A program made the translations under genes and the position numbers. Below, piece by piece: positions 25,161 through 37,931 of a DNA stretch of 64,000 bases. Within the stretch, counting starts at the first letter, position 1. Every line of letters starts with the position of its first letter. The notes under the pieces are model-generated. The model worked only from the letters and a program-made list of their open reading frames with translations. It was not told the origin of the DNA and made no database searches. This DNA is from Epiperipatus broadwayi (Eukaryota > Animalia > Onychophora), in NCBI GenBank assembly GCA_028023455.1, contig JAQFVV010000003.1:26908001-26972000 (forward strand). Reading direction: 5' to 3'.

Positions 25161-28100
25161 ATATAGATTTCAGGTAGCGTTATTAATTATTTCTATTTCT
25201 TAGAAAAAAAAAGTTTTTTTTTTTTGAGTGATTTAAACTTTGCTAGAAAATTGATAGCTTATCATTATTTACATTTTTTTTATCTCGACTGTGACTGTCA
25301 TGAGTTTTGCACCTATATTTAATCTTTTTTCGGCTAGCTGTATACAAGGTTTGAAAGTTGGCATATAATATTTAATGCGATTACAGTAGAAATTGAACAA
25401 GTTATATAACCTGTTCTTTTTCGTTATTAAGCCACAGTTTTAATTAACGTAGATAATTTTTTTTCTTTTTCAATTTTAGCAATATTTAAATGAAATAACT
25501 TTAAAAATGAGCATTTAAATTATTATTAATATTTCAATCTTTTTTTTTTTTTGTAATCAAAATAAAACTATAAGGTATACTTGTTTCTTTTATATATGTA
25601 CTTATAAACACGCTGAACATAATTATCCTCAATAACCAAGATAAGGGCAATATTTGAGTCTATAAACATTCCACTAGTTTTAATATATGCAAATTAGTCA
25701 AAGTTACTGGAATTCTTATCATATTAAACATTACATTTTTTTAAGTTGTGTAAACTAATTAAGATATTTTCCCAAGTGCAGAATCCTAAGAATGTGGCAA
25801 CATATATTTGTCAGGAAATTTCTATCAGTTTTATAAGATTGTACGACGAAGTGTCAAATCTGAGTTTAAAAAAACTAAACTGGTATTATCTACCAGCTAA
25901 TACAATCAGTATTTAAAGCATCTCAATTGAACAACATTTTATGGTTAATAATAAAACCAGAACCTAGTAGAATCAGTTATAGGCATAAGTCAATGCATAA
26001 CTATGGAGGATTAATAGACATTATGAAGAATTGTAGTCAAAGTACACTGAACCAAAATCATTGCAATGGATAGCACACATCTGAATGATCTAGTGTTTAC
26101 ACAAACAACCCATTGTGACTTTCATTATCAGAATATTTATTGCTAATTTGCCATCACAAAGTTATCATTATAAATGAATAAAAGTTATGGTGCAGAAATA
26201 AATACATGAATTGGACAGTTAATGACTAAAAGTATTTTCAACCTTGGAAGAGTTTATGCCCAGCAATCATCAAAAGAAGTTTCTTAACCAAACTGCCTTT
26301 AGCTTACAGTAAAACAAGTCATACAAACTATCATAATTTAAATAGTTATATTAGGTTTCTTTTGGTTCAAGTTAAATATGTGTAAACATATATCAATAAG
26401 CTCCAAACATTTAAAGATGCAAAAGAATGTTTTCAGACATTTTCATCTTTCTAGATAGTAAGACTCCAATTCATATGGCTTTTTCCACGAAGCTGTATTG
26501 ATTTGAACAACATGAGAATGATATTACACATTTCTTATGACTCTCAGTCATCTGATTCAAATATTAAGACTTGATAGTCATTCCTGAACAATGGGTGAGA
26601 AACCAATATCATAAAATATCTCTTATAATAAGTCATATTAACTTATCTATCTAGGCAACATTACAATATGTCATTTTGTCCTCATCAAAATAAAAAGTTC
26701 TTAATACAAATGATTCGATGCTATTAATAAAGATTTCAGAACTTGTGTTATTTTGTCTATTCCTTAAATACATTAACAATATATGTCTAGGAAATACATA
26801 TATTATTGTATCAAAGCATATGATTTTTATCTCTGTGTGTGTAGGAAAATAGTATAAAAAATACTGCAGGTGAATCTACAAATTCTAATGCTGATATATA
26901 TATAGTATTTAATGAAGAAACAATTTGTGTAAATTTATAATTTGTTAAAGCAATCTACAATATTGGTAGCTTGATGAACTCAAGAGCTCAAGGTCCCTAA
27001 ATTGATTCTTAATTGAGTAAAACAGATAAAAGTCTCAGTTCAATCTGTTGAATGGAATTGATTCACTTAATCTGTCATCACCCTAGCAACTAATCATATG
27101 ATTATTATTGATTTAATATTATAACATTGGAAGTTTTTATGGGAATTATCATGATAATCTAAAAATCCTTAAAATTATTACTTTTTAGAAATATAGTTTA
27201 CTATCTCTCCACTAGTATCACAGTTATTTTTGCTGGGTGTTTATTATTATTATATATAAACTTTTTATCAAGGACTTTTCTTATCATAATACTAAAGTTA
27301 GAAAAGACTCACTTTATAATAATATTAAGATCGGAAACACCTTTACTGATAATGTTATCATTAAAAAAATTTTGAATTAATTTTTTATATATATTTATGT
27401 AATATTAATATGTTTATCTTATGTATTAAGCAAATCTCATACGTCAGCACAGAATTATTTCCTTTTTAAAAAAAAAATAGACAATTTAGTTACGCAAATC
27501 AGCATTTATGGTTTATAGACCCACGGATACAAACTCATGAACATATATATCTTGTACATATGCATGGCCAGAGTTGAGTGAAATTTTACTTCTTAACGAT
27601 AATTCAGGGATTCCATTTTTGTATTTTCAAAATAAAAAATGTTTATACAAATGTAATACTTATATATACAATTGTCATTATCTTGATTCAAATTTTGACC
27701 AAATAAATATTTTTTTTCAAATTTCAATTAGACATTTTTTTTTGTAAATAACCAGCCCATAAGTAAACATGGTATTGATTAATAAATAAATGTCTAGCTA
27801 TTTTTAATTATAGAATAAAATAAGAATAATTGTGGTGTTTTTGGCTTATACAGTTGTTGAAGAAAAGTTTTTAAAACGGGTCTTGTGAGTTATATATTTT
27901 CAAATTCAGAATTTGGCTATGCATGCAACATCTCACATTTTTATTTTCGTAATGACTTTATAGAGGGCGCTTAAATCCTCTAAATTCATAATGTATATTT
28001 ATTTAAATAAATTATTGCTGTTCATGGCTGAACATGAAATGGCTGAAAACTTGTTGTAATAACATGATAATTATTTTATGAGAGATCACATTTATTCATA

Positions 28101-28789
28101 ATCATTGAATTATATAAATATTATTAAATAATAATCAATATAATAGTAATTAGCTATTATGTACAATCTAGCTATTATGTACAATCTTTAAATCCGCAGA
28201 AGTACTTTGGTTAAAATATACATAGCCAGCTTACAATCAAATTAGATAATTATCTAATTGTTGTTTAATAAATGGATGTCTACTAGATACTCTTCTCTTT
28301 CATCTGTTTCTCTATTTAAAGAAGGTATAGAGGTTTTGCAAAAAACTATTTTACTTTTTACTAAATATTCTTTCTCAAACTCAAATATATATAAAAAATA
28401 TCTAATTTCATTTAACATGTTTCTTCATTTAAGATTTAATTTTATTAATGATTGCATGAAAGTGAAACAATTTAAAGGGCGAAATGTATTTTTAGAAATA
28501 TGATATTTCCAAAGAACTTTACTATTCAAATCTAATAACATTTTCGCAGTAACATCAAATGGAAGTATTTCGTGTGTTTCAATAATCACTGACATTTGTT
28601 ATCAAAAATCATTATTCTTTAGTAACAAAAGAGTTCTTCATTATTTAATACAATTGCATGATTTGAAATTTATCTAAAAACTTTCTTTTAATAATAGTTA
28701 AAATGTCAGAAAGTTAAACACATTTTCAAAAGTCAAATCATTTTTTAAAAAAAAAGATATTATATATAATAATGCTTTGGAGATAAAAA

Positions 28790-29140
28790 CAAAACAGTTT
28801 TTAAATATCTCACTGCATGACAATGGTCTCTGCAGTAGTTTTTATATAGAAACAGTGAAGTGTGACACATCAATTAACAAGATTTCCAATTGTCAAGTGG
28901 CGAAAGCCTAGGTTTTTTTAAATATCTGACTGCAAGGTAAATGCCTTCCAGTAGCCTTATAGAAACAGTGAAGTGTAAGACATTATTCATTAGTTTGATA
29001 ACTGTCAGGCGGTAAAAATATCTCACTACGGGACAAAGATTTCTCCAATAGTTCTTATGGAAATGGTTTGTTCAAGTGGTAAATATTTGAGTATCTTAAA
29101 TGTCTCACTTTTGTGCAAAGAAAGCTCTCTAACAGCCCTT
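28790..29140 (+). repeat. Three to four degenerate tandem units of about 100-120 bp
   Basis: The blocks aaatatctcactgc...agtag...tatagaaacagtgaagtgt recur at about 28802, 28920, 29015 and 29098. Confidence 0.6.
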
Positions 29141-29478
29141 CTTATTGTATCGTTGAAATATGATGCATTTCTCACGAATTTTGCTAATCGCTGGAGCGTG
29201 ATTTGAGTGGGGGGGGGGGTTTCATCATTGTTTTACTCTTTATCTAAAAGCAGCTAGATTCGCATTTGATCCTTTGACTAAACTTCATTTAGAAAAATAT
29301 TAGTCACTAATATTATTGGCTGATTTAATTAGTTTTTTTTTTTGCAATCATACAACTTCTCAAGATTATTATTAAATTAAATATCTATTTTAATATTTAT
29401 TTTGGTAACATTACAAACATTTTTATTGTAAAGTGAACTTTAACAATGTTACTAAATATTTGAACAAGCTATAATATT

Positions 29479-30033
29479 AAAACAGGCAAAACTCTCCATA
29501 CAGTAGTGCCACTCAGTGCAAGCCAGAGTAATCAATGGATACCAGATGGTTTGTGCATAAAATTCCTATCTAGTGCCTACTCATCCAATATCCCCAGACT
29601 AGTTTCTGGCTTATGGCCTTCATTAGTGAGGAGCCTTGGACTAAGAACACTGCACTTAGATCTTTAGCCCAGACTAGTTTCTGGCTTGTAGCCTTCATCA
29701 GTGAGAAGCCTTGGATCTGAGAGCCCTGCACTTAGATTATAAGATCTAGGTGCAGTGCTCTCAGATCCAAGGCTCTTTACTCTCGAAGGCTAGGATCTAG
29801 GTGCAGTGCTCTCAGATGTAAGTCTCCTCACTGATGAAGACCACAAGATTGAAACTAGTCTTGGAATATTGGATGAGTAGGCACTAGATAGGGATTTTGT
29901 GCACAAGTCTTCTGGCATCCATTGATTACTCTGGCTTGCACTGAGTGGCACTACTGTATGGAGAGTTTTTCCTGTTTTAATAACAGTTATGAGCATGCAT
30001 AAGAAATGGTGATCATGTTATGTTTGATGGTTT
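29479..30033. mobile_element. Retrozyme-like HHR repeat, locus A (minus arm then plus arm; 3 HHR copies)
   Basis: HHR copies lie at 29591-29632 (-), 29666-29706 (-) and 29825-29866 (+). The inversion centre is at about 29740. The candidate 13-bp TSD AAG(C/T)TATAATATT is at 29466-29478 and 30034-30046. Confidence 0.88.
29666..29706 (-). ncRNA. Type I hammerhead ribozyme motif, intact core, 4-bp stem I
   Basis: The minus strand reads CTCA-CTGATGA-A-GGC-TACAA-GCC-A-GAAAC-TA-GTC/TGGG. Confidence 0.7.
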
Positions 30034-31258
30034 AAGTTATAATATTCTGGTTTGTTTATATTCATTTCAAGTTGTGATCCAAACATATTTGAATTTAAAT
30101 AATATAATAATAACCTTATAAGAGTTGTCAAGTCTCAAGAATATTGTTAACTTTTATCATATGGATATAGAAAGATAAATAAATGTTTACATATTTAGTG
30201 GGGGGGAAATTCAAATTTAAATCTGAGAATTTTTAAAAGCTGTGTTATTGTCTTAAATTTGTTCTGTGAAGAAATAAATTAGGCAACTATTGGCATTATA
30301 TTTTATAAACTAAATTAAGCCATAACCATGTAGGATGTATAAGTCATTTCATTTGTAAAAGTGGTCAATATGAATAAATTGTATCATATACAAGTTGCCA
30401 AAAGGGTCATATCCATGTGGTTCAAAGCAGAATCATATTTGAATGTTCTGGATCATTGATTATGTGGCACATGTGAGACTTATGAAATGTTTAATCTATA
30501 AGAGTTTTTTTCCTCAGTAATCCTAAAGTTATATACAGGTGGGACCAAAAGTGTGATCTTAATTTATATTAACTACTGTGAGAGATATAATATTTGAAAA
30601 ATGAGATTTTATTGATATTCTTCTAGCTCATGTGATTTTGGTTATTTTGATAATGCTATGTGGTAGAAGAAAATAATATAGACTTCAGAGACTCAGATTA
30701 TTCTTACTGAAATCTCACTTTGAGATACTATCACAATTGCAATGAAAATATTAATTGTAAAAGAAACTATTGATTTTTAGAGTAAATAAAAATTATTTCT
30801 GATACTCCAACAGTAGTTGATTTATAGTCTTTAATAATGAAAGTTAAATTTGAGATGGCAATTTTTATTAAATTTTTTTTTGAAAGCTATCATTAACTCT
30901 GTGTTTAATAATTCTAGTCTTTACCAACAAGTTTTTGAAAGACTCAAGATTATCAATTAGTAATTGATGGTTTCCAGACGGCATCAAAATACATAATTCA
31001 ATATATACATATATATGGATGTAATAAAACCAAATGATAAATCACGTGACCTAAATAGCTTGTAATTATCAATATGTAAAAAAGAACAAAATAAAATAAG
31101 CTTGTTTAGAAATATTTTTTCTTTATTATTTATAGATGTGTATATATGAATGCAGTAGTTCTCACATATTTGCAATATATAATTCCAAGCCTATACCAAA
31201 ATTCATGGATAGTACTGAATCATATAGCATTTTTAACATACTCAATATATATATTTAA

Positions 31259-31486
31259 AATGTGTATAATATATATATATGAATTTATAGTATTATTTCC
31301 AGGAGCTTCCATTTAATAAAAATATAATAGCTGATGTTTCAGCAAGTACTTTCCTTAGAATTTCTTCTTTCTCAAATCATAAGAAGAAGCTCTGAGGAAA
31401 GTATTTGTTATTGTACTAAAACGTCAGCTATTTAGCTATTATATTTTTATTACACAGATGCTCCGGACATAATACTATGAATTCAT
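31259..31486. mobile_element. Fold-back of about 230 bp carrying decayed type I hammerhead motifs in both arms
   Basis: Plus arm 31388-31429: AGCT-CTGAGGA-A-AGTAT..GTACT-AAAAC-GTC/AGCT. Minus arm: CTAAGGA-A-AGTA..TGCT-GAAAC-ATC-AGCT. Confidence 0.7.
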
Positions 31487-33619
31487 CATTTATCAATGAG
31501 AATATTAGAATTAACATTTATATGTATGCAAATACTATAGATGCATTGCAAACTAAAAAATTAATAAGTAGAAAAATATATTTTTATTTATCTTTTGTGC
31601 ATGATAGATAATTGAAATTATGAATATGAAAATTGTAGATATAGGAGATTATTATATGTAGAAATGTTTTTTCTTTTATTATAATCACTATAAATACTGA
31701 AAACCATTGTGAATTTGTACCATATTATTACTGTTAAACTTGTATGATGCAATTTTTTTTGCATATATGGCATTTAACACAATTATATGACATTATATAA
31801 ATATTAAACTACAGAAAAGTGTAAGAATTGATTGGCTTTGGAGTTTTTTTTAATAGATAAAATTTTGATTATAAGTATTTATCTATTTATTTTGCTACTG
31901 CCTAATAATAATATGGAAAGCATGTTAACAATGTAGTTTTATGAACATTTTTTTTTAAATATATTAGTAAAACAGGTCAGTGATTCATAAAAGTCATTCA
32001 AAACATTGCTATGCAAATCTTTAAGGATCTTCAGGGTATTCTGTTATATAGTAGTTGTTATTACCTGAATGTGTTTTGTTATATATGTGTTTTACAATTT
32101 TATTGTTTTGATATTTAATTTTAAAAGTTATCTTTTATATAACTTGTGTGCAAAAAAATATTGTGTAATAAATTTAGTCACATTTTTCTAATGAAATTAT
32201 ATAATACTCTACAAATATAATACTCTACAAAATACAAAGAAATAATATCAGCAAATATTAAATATTTCATTAAAAGAGTAGAAATCATTTCACATTTAAA
32301 AGCACGAATCTCTTTATTCATATTTGTGTTTGGATTTTTGAATATTTACGTCCATTTGCTATTATCTGTGACTGCATATTGATAAGAGCAGTTAATCAAT
32401 ATTTCTACAAATTAATATTGCTGTTGTTATTTTTCATTATTCTGATAGATAACTATTAATCCAAATATCTTTAATTCAAATACTTTTATCCAAACAAGAT
32501 TATTAAGTATTGCTTTAATTATTGCTATATAAAAATATTGTGTGAATATAAATATAAACATGTTCTATATTATATTATTATTAATAAAATAAATGTATAT
32601 AATACAAAGTTATAAAGAAATTAAAGATAATATAATGCTGTTTCATACATGGAAAACATATTGAAAACATTCAACACAATCTTTAATGCATTAAATGTTA
32701 TGTTTAATGTTTTCAATATTTCTCCATGCATAAAGCAGAATTGCATTTCAAAGACAGAACTGCCATGTTTTTTTAAAAGCTATAAATAATAAAATTAATA
32801 CTTATTTAAATTGTCAACAGAGTTTCAGTTTATAATGAAGGGGATGTGGAGTATTCTTTGAAATCTTAAAAATTCACAAATCCAAAAAAGGTCCTGGAAC
32901 TTAGGGATTTTGGATTAATAGTAGTCTAACTTTACATAGGTTTTTCTCCTCAATAAATCTCCTTTACTTTGTAAATTTTTAAACTAATTCTTCTTTTTTT
33001 AAAAAAAAGAAATAATAATAAGAATTATGTATTATCTACCTCTCTCAAAACATTATGAAATATATACTAGATGTAAAAATAACTACAACGAAAAATTAAA
33101 ACTATTGCCTTAATGCTTATGCATTGAAATGATAATAATGTATGTATATCAGTAAAAATAGAGTAGTACATGGATATTCTGTACAGATGAATCTAGTCTT
33201 TCTTTTTCATTTTTATAACTGATCCAATATTGTTGAACAATGATTGTAAAAGAAATTAATCCCATTGAGTTTGCATATACATATATCACTTTTTATATTT
33301 TTTCATAGGTCAAAATGTATTTTGCTTGAAAAGTTTTATAAATTTGCTTATACATATTATATTTTATATTATTATTTTTTCCTCTTTTATGTACTATATG
33401 CGAACATATTTTAGATAATGTATTTTATTTTGCTTTTTGTAAAAAAAAAAAATTATATCAATATATTTCCAATAATAAAATTATTATATTCCTTTATTAA
33501 TGTTTTTAGTGTGGATTTATTTCAAAAAGGTGGAATTTATTTCATTAAATGAAATGCAATATTCATTCATTCCTTGAGTTTTGGGAGCGAATCAGTAACT
33601 GCCTTTTTTTTTGGTCCTG

Positions 33620-34097
33620 ATTTAGTTTGTACTCATGGCCATTTTGAAATCTAAAAACCACCACTGACACATCCAACTGATAAATGACATAAATATTGAA
33701 TAAAAGTACTTTAAATTCATTATTTAAAAATTATAAGCTAGTAAAAATAATATGCTTTATTTTATTAGGAGTATTTTTTTAAAAAAAATTTACCTTCATA
33801 AAATATTTGAAATATGATGGCATAAAGTGCTGGAATTTGTGGGGAGGGGCAAGGATGTTTTGGTTGATATCCAAAAGTTGCAAAAGTCTGATCAAACCAA
33901 GCTTATAATTTCCAAATACTAAAAGATTTTACTATATGCCCATGTAAAATAAAGCATATTATTTTTATTAGCTTATAATTTTTAAAATATGAATTTAAAG
34001 CACTTTTATTCAATATTTGTCATTTATCGTTTGAATGTGTCAGCGGTGGTTTTGGCTGATCTTTAGATTTCAAAATGGCCATGAGCGCAAACTAAAT
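33620..34097. mobile_element. MITE-like element with TIRs of about 100 bp (same family as 12159-12977)
   Basis: atttagtttgtactcatggccattttgaaatctaaa... is inverted as ...tttagatttcaaaatggccatgagcgcaaactaaat. Confidence 0.75.
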
Positions 34098-34699
34098 TGG
34101 CACCACCTTTTTGGTAATGGAGAAGAGAAAACACTAAATGTTTGGATTGCTTAGGATGCCAGGAAAAAATCATTATGGATCTACATCTTGGATACACTTT
34201 TCATTTTCAAGAATTATTTTCCAGAAAAATAAATTGAAATAATAAATTTATATTAATAAAACATGCTTTAAATAAGGTCAAAGATCTCTGAGGTAAAAAA
34301 AAATAATAATGATATATATAAAAGTAAAATTTATTAAAATAAAAAAATAGTATGTGAACAAAAAAGAAAGAAATTATTTTTAAAAATTAGACATATAAAT
34401 AAGTAACAAAAAAAAATTAGTCAAGAAAATTTTAGAGATTGCAAAAAAAAAATCCCAATACATATGCATTGGGTGGTATTTGTGGGCAAAAAATGAGCCT
34501 CAAGATTGTGGATTTATTATAATCCAAGGAAGTGGAATTTTTTGGATGGTTACAAATATATGAATGGAAAAAAAGAGTTTAATTGGCTTCTGATGAGAAA
34601 CTCAAAAATGTGTTTAGGCAAAGAAAGTTTTTACAATATGCAATGATAATAAATAGAGAATTAATTTCTATGTATTTATATAAAAATCGGAGAAATATA

Positions 34700-34960
34700 T
34701 TTATTATCATTTTCATCCATTATTAATCCACTATAGGATGAAGATCACTCCAAGTTTTTAATCTCTAGGCTCTCTTCTTCACAACACACTATCAAGCTTC
34801 CTATGTGGTTTCTTTCTCGGTCTTTTACAATGTCTTGAAATTCAGTTTAAAATTCCAACAGTCCATTTATTATTATCTCTTCTAGAAATATGTCCAGCCC
34901 AGCTCGCTTAAGGCTCTTAATTCTTTCAATGATATCAAAAATACTTAAATGTTTTGTTAC
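34700..34960 (-). mobile_element. RTE-like LINE 3' fragment (decayed)
   Basis: The minus strand reads DIIERIKSLK/(frameshift)WAGHISRRDNNKWTVGILN*ISRHCKRPRKKP, matching the RTE C-terminal W.GH..R....W......W.P...KR..GRP pattern. Confidence 0.8.
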
Positions 34961-35189
34961 CTACATATTTTATTTTTGATCCCTTCTTGTTACTTCTAAT
35001 ATACTGTACCGTTTATTTATATGGTACAAATATATTGGCATCCGGTAAGATATTTAAAAGCTAAGAAAAAAAAGAAAGAGTAAATTTAGCGTTCTTTCGT
35101 TTGTATAATCTTTTTTTTTAAAAAACGTGCAATGAAAGTAAAAATTTCGCCCATATTTTTTGTTGTATCTAATTAAAAATTAAGGTAAA

Positions 35190-35900
35190 AATTGGAAAGA
35201 ACCAAGACACACAAATTACTAATCCAGATAAGCTAAAACGAAAATATTTTAGCTAATTAAAGATGGCAGATGGACTTTGTGAAAGGAGGACTTTGTAACT
35301 TAAATTTAAGAGAGAGTGTACAAGATTATTATCTTATATGCTAATAAAAGGCAAAAGGATGTGCAGAAGTTTCAAAAACAGGATCGAGGTATAAAAAGAG
35401 GACAACTTCGATTTGGGTCTTCTCTTTACCTTCTAGTTACTTGTCTGAGAGTTAGAGGTTTCCGCGAGCAATACCTGTGGCAGTAATATACTTCTGCACA
35501 GATACGCCACTTGTTGTACCAAGCTGTCATGCAAGCATGGAAACGGGCCTTGTGAAGATCACTTTTTGCAATGAAAGGGTCACTACAACCGTGCCTTTTC
35601 TCCAGCTATAGAACGGAACAATAATGGAAGACGCCGGCAGGAGAGACCAATGGAAATTCTTATGAGCTCGGGATCCCATAAACCTACACCAACTTACCAA
35701 GTAAGTTAAGAGTAACTTTTCCCGATTGTGACAAAGTTTGCAAACATTTCTTAAAACAAGCTTAAAATAATCCCGATAAAGACTTCAAATTCTATTATCA
35801 AGAGGCTCTTGTTTACCTAAGAACTATAATTATTGAACTGTGTTTTTTATTAATTGATTCATATCTGGATTAGCGTGTGCGTCATCTTTCCAATTAATTA
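35190..35900. promoter_or_regulatory. CpG-retaining, GC-richer island with a TATA box and strong splice donors; promoter/first exon or solo LTR
   Basis: Many CpGs occur in an otherwise CpG-poor window. TATAAAA is at 35390-35396 and is followed by a pyrimidine tract. GTAAGT donors lie on both strands at 35691-35707. Confidence 0.4.
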
Positions 35901-36577
35901 ATTCATAATGTGTTTTTTTTATTTTTATAGTTTAATTTGTTAGAATAGAAAATATTTATTTCTAATACCAACTATTCATTGTATGTTATTAATAAATTTA
36001 TTAATGTTAATTATTAAGATTTGAAAATATAATTTACCTTTGCCAACGCTGTACTGAAACTCAATCTCCGGAGTTTCCAGTTAATTTCATCGTAACTAAA
36101 TAAATAAAAGGAGTTTAGCCAGTGAATTCCGATACGGAATCGTGGCACCTTTCAAATAAATTAAAAGCTGGTTTACTTGATCCCATTATTTTAGTTACAT
36201 TAGTTAAAAGGGTATTGTGTGACCAGGAAAAATAATTGCGTCAATTAAATCTTACTGAATTGTCTGACAAAACAAATTTAATAGATAGGACGTAATTTGG
36301 TCACCCAGTATGGGTAGTCAACTCGAAAAAAACCCTAATAGAGCAGTGGATGTTACAATACATTTCTCCATACTTCATTTATTTCTTAAAAATGGATTTT
36401 TTTTTTTTTAAATATGTAGGTATATTTCCTTTTAATATTAAGTTACTTTTAATAAAAGCACTCCAAGTTTAATTCTATGACTAATTTCATCATTATGTTT
36501 CCATCTGCATTAATAATCTAACCAAGATATTTATAATTATTAATTTCTTCTAATTCATCATTATCAATCTTCATTTT

Positions 36578-37187
36578 ACTAGTCTGGGGATATTGGATGA
36601 GTAGGCACTAGATAGGAATTTTATGCACAAGCCTTCTGGCATCCATTGATTACTCTGGTTGGCACTGAGTGGCACTACTGTATGGAGAATTTTGCCTGTT
36701 TTAATAACAGTAATGTGCTAGCATAAGAAATAGTGATCATGTGATGTTTAGTGGTTTAACACCAATCCTGCATAATAGGATAGTGGTGTCTATGGTTGTT
36801 AAAGAGCCAAAGACACCTAAATGTATGGGTATTGAATTGGGTTCAGACCCATATGACTATATAAGCTATTGAACTTAGATTGAAAATATTATTGTGTTTT
36901 GAATTTTATTCTCATAGTTTTGTAGTTAAGTAGAGATAAAAGGTGGCTGCTGGAGAGTTGCATTAGATCCTAAGATCTAGGTGCAGTGCTCTCAGATTTA
37001 AAGCTCACTGATGAAGGCCACAAGCCAGAAACTAGTCTGGTGATATTGGATGAGTAGGCACTAGATAGGGATTTTATGCACAAGCCTTCTGACATCCATT
37101 GATTACTCTGAGTGGCACTACGTATGGAGAGTTTTGCCTGTTTTAATAACAGTAATGTGCTAACCTAAGAAATAGTGATCATGTGAT
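36578..37187 (+). mobile_element. Retrozyme-like HHR repeat, locus B (about 1.3 tandem monomers, 453-nt period)
   Basis: It begins with ACTAGTC/TGGGGA (the 3' half of the HHR), and the next HHR is at 37002-37043. The distance between predicted cleavage sites is 36584 to 37037 = 453 nt. There is a direct terminal redundancy of about 150 nt. Confidence 0.9.
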
Positions 37188-37346
37188 ATAATTCCATTGT
37201 TACTGGAGCTTTTTTCTTTTTCATAGATTTAATTGCATATCTCATTTCTTCATATAAGATGTTCTGCAATTCAGTACATGTATAGAATACTTCAGAACCT
37301 TTCATAATATAATCTCTGTTTTTAGTAATAGTTACATCTTTTTTTT

Positions 37347-37862
37347 AAACCACTAAATATCACATGATCACCATCACTTATGCTAGCACATAACTGTTAC
37401 TAAACAGGTGAAACTCTTCATACAGTAGTGCCATCCTATGCCAACCAGAGTAATCAATGGATGCCAGAAGGTTTGTGCATAAAATCCCCATCAAGTGCCT
37501 ACTCATCCAATATCCCCAAAATGTATGGGTGCTGAACTGAGTTCTGACCCATATGACTATATAAGCTTATGACTATATTGAGCTTAGATTGAAAATATTG
37601 TTTTCAATTTCATTCTCATAGTTTTGTAGTTAAGTAGAGATAAAAGATGGCTAATGGAGGGTTGCATTAGATCCTAAGATCTAGGTGCAGTCCTCTCAGA
37701 TCCAAGGCTCCTCACTGACAAAGGCCACAAGCCAGAAACTACTCTGGGGATATTGGATGAGTAGGCACTAGATGGGTATTTTATGCACAAGCCTTCTGGC
37801 ATCCATTGATTACTCTGGTTGGCATAGGGTGACCCTACTGTATGGAGAGTTTTGCCTGTTTA
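37347..37862. mobile_element. Retrozyme-like HHR repeat, locus C (minus arm 37347-37518, plus arm 37519-37862)
   Basis: The plus-arm HHR at 37709-37750 is mutated (CTGACAA, CTC). The candidate 9-bp TSD ATCTTTTTT is at 37336-37344 and 37863-37871. Confidence 0.88.
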
Positions 37863-37931
37863 ATCTTTTTTCTTCTTATTAGAAGTATATACTCTTATTC
37901 TTTTTCTTTACTTTCTTTGCATTTCTTCTTA

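Noticed and set aside
25800-27000. Possible hAT transposase relic on the minus strand
   Set aside because: There is one weak resemblance (DGKLAINIL), but no TIRs or TSD were found.
28151-28188. Perfect 18-bp tandem duplication (agctattatgtacaatct x2)
   Set aside because: It is an ordinary local slippage or repair duplication.
34589-34606. CTGATGA immediately followed by GAAAC
   Set aside because: There is no stem II, no UH triplet and no stem I pairing, so it is likely chance. The same applies to isolated CTGATGA hits near 450, 17555, 18005, 18325 and 53950.
37825-37837. Apparent covariation: hairpin TAGGG-TGA-CCCTA replacing CAC-TGA-GTG in other copies
   Set aside because: The other arm of the same locus reads TAGGATGGCACTA, only three changes away and unpaired, so this is not evidence of selected covariation.
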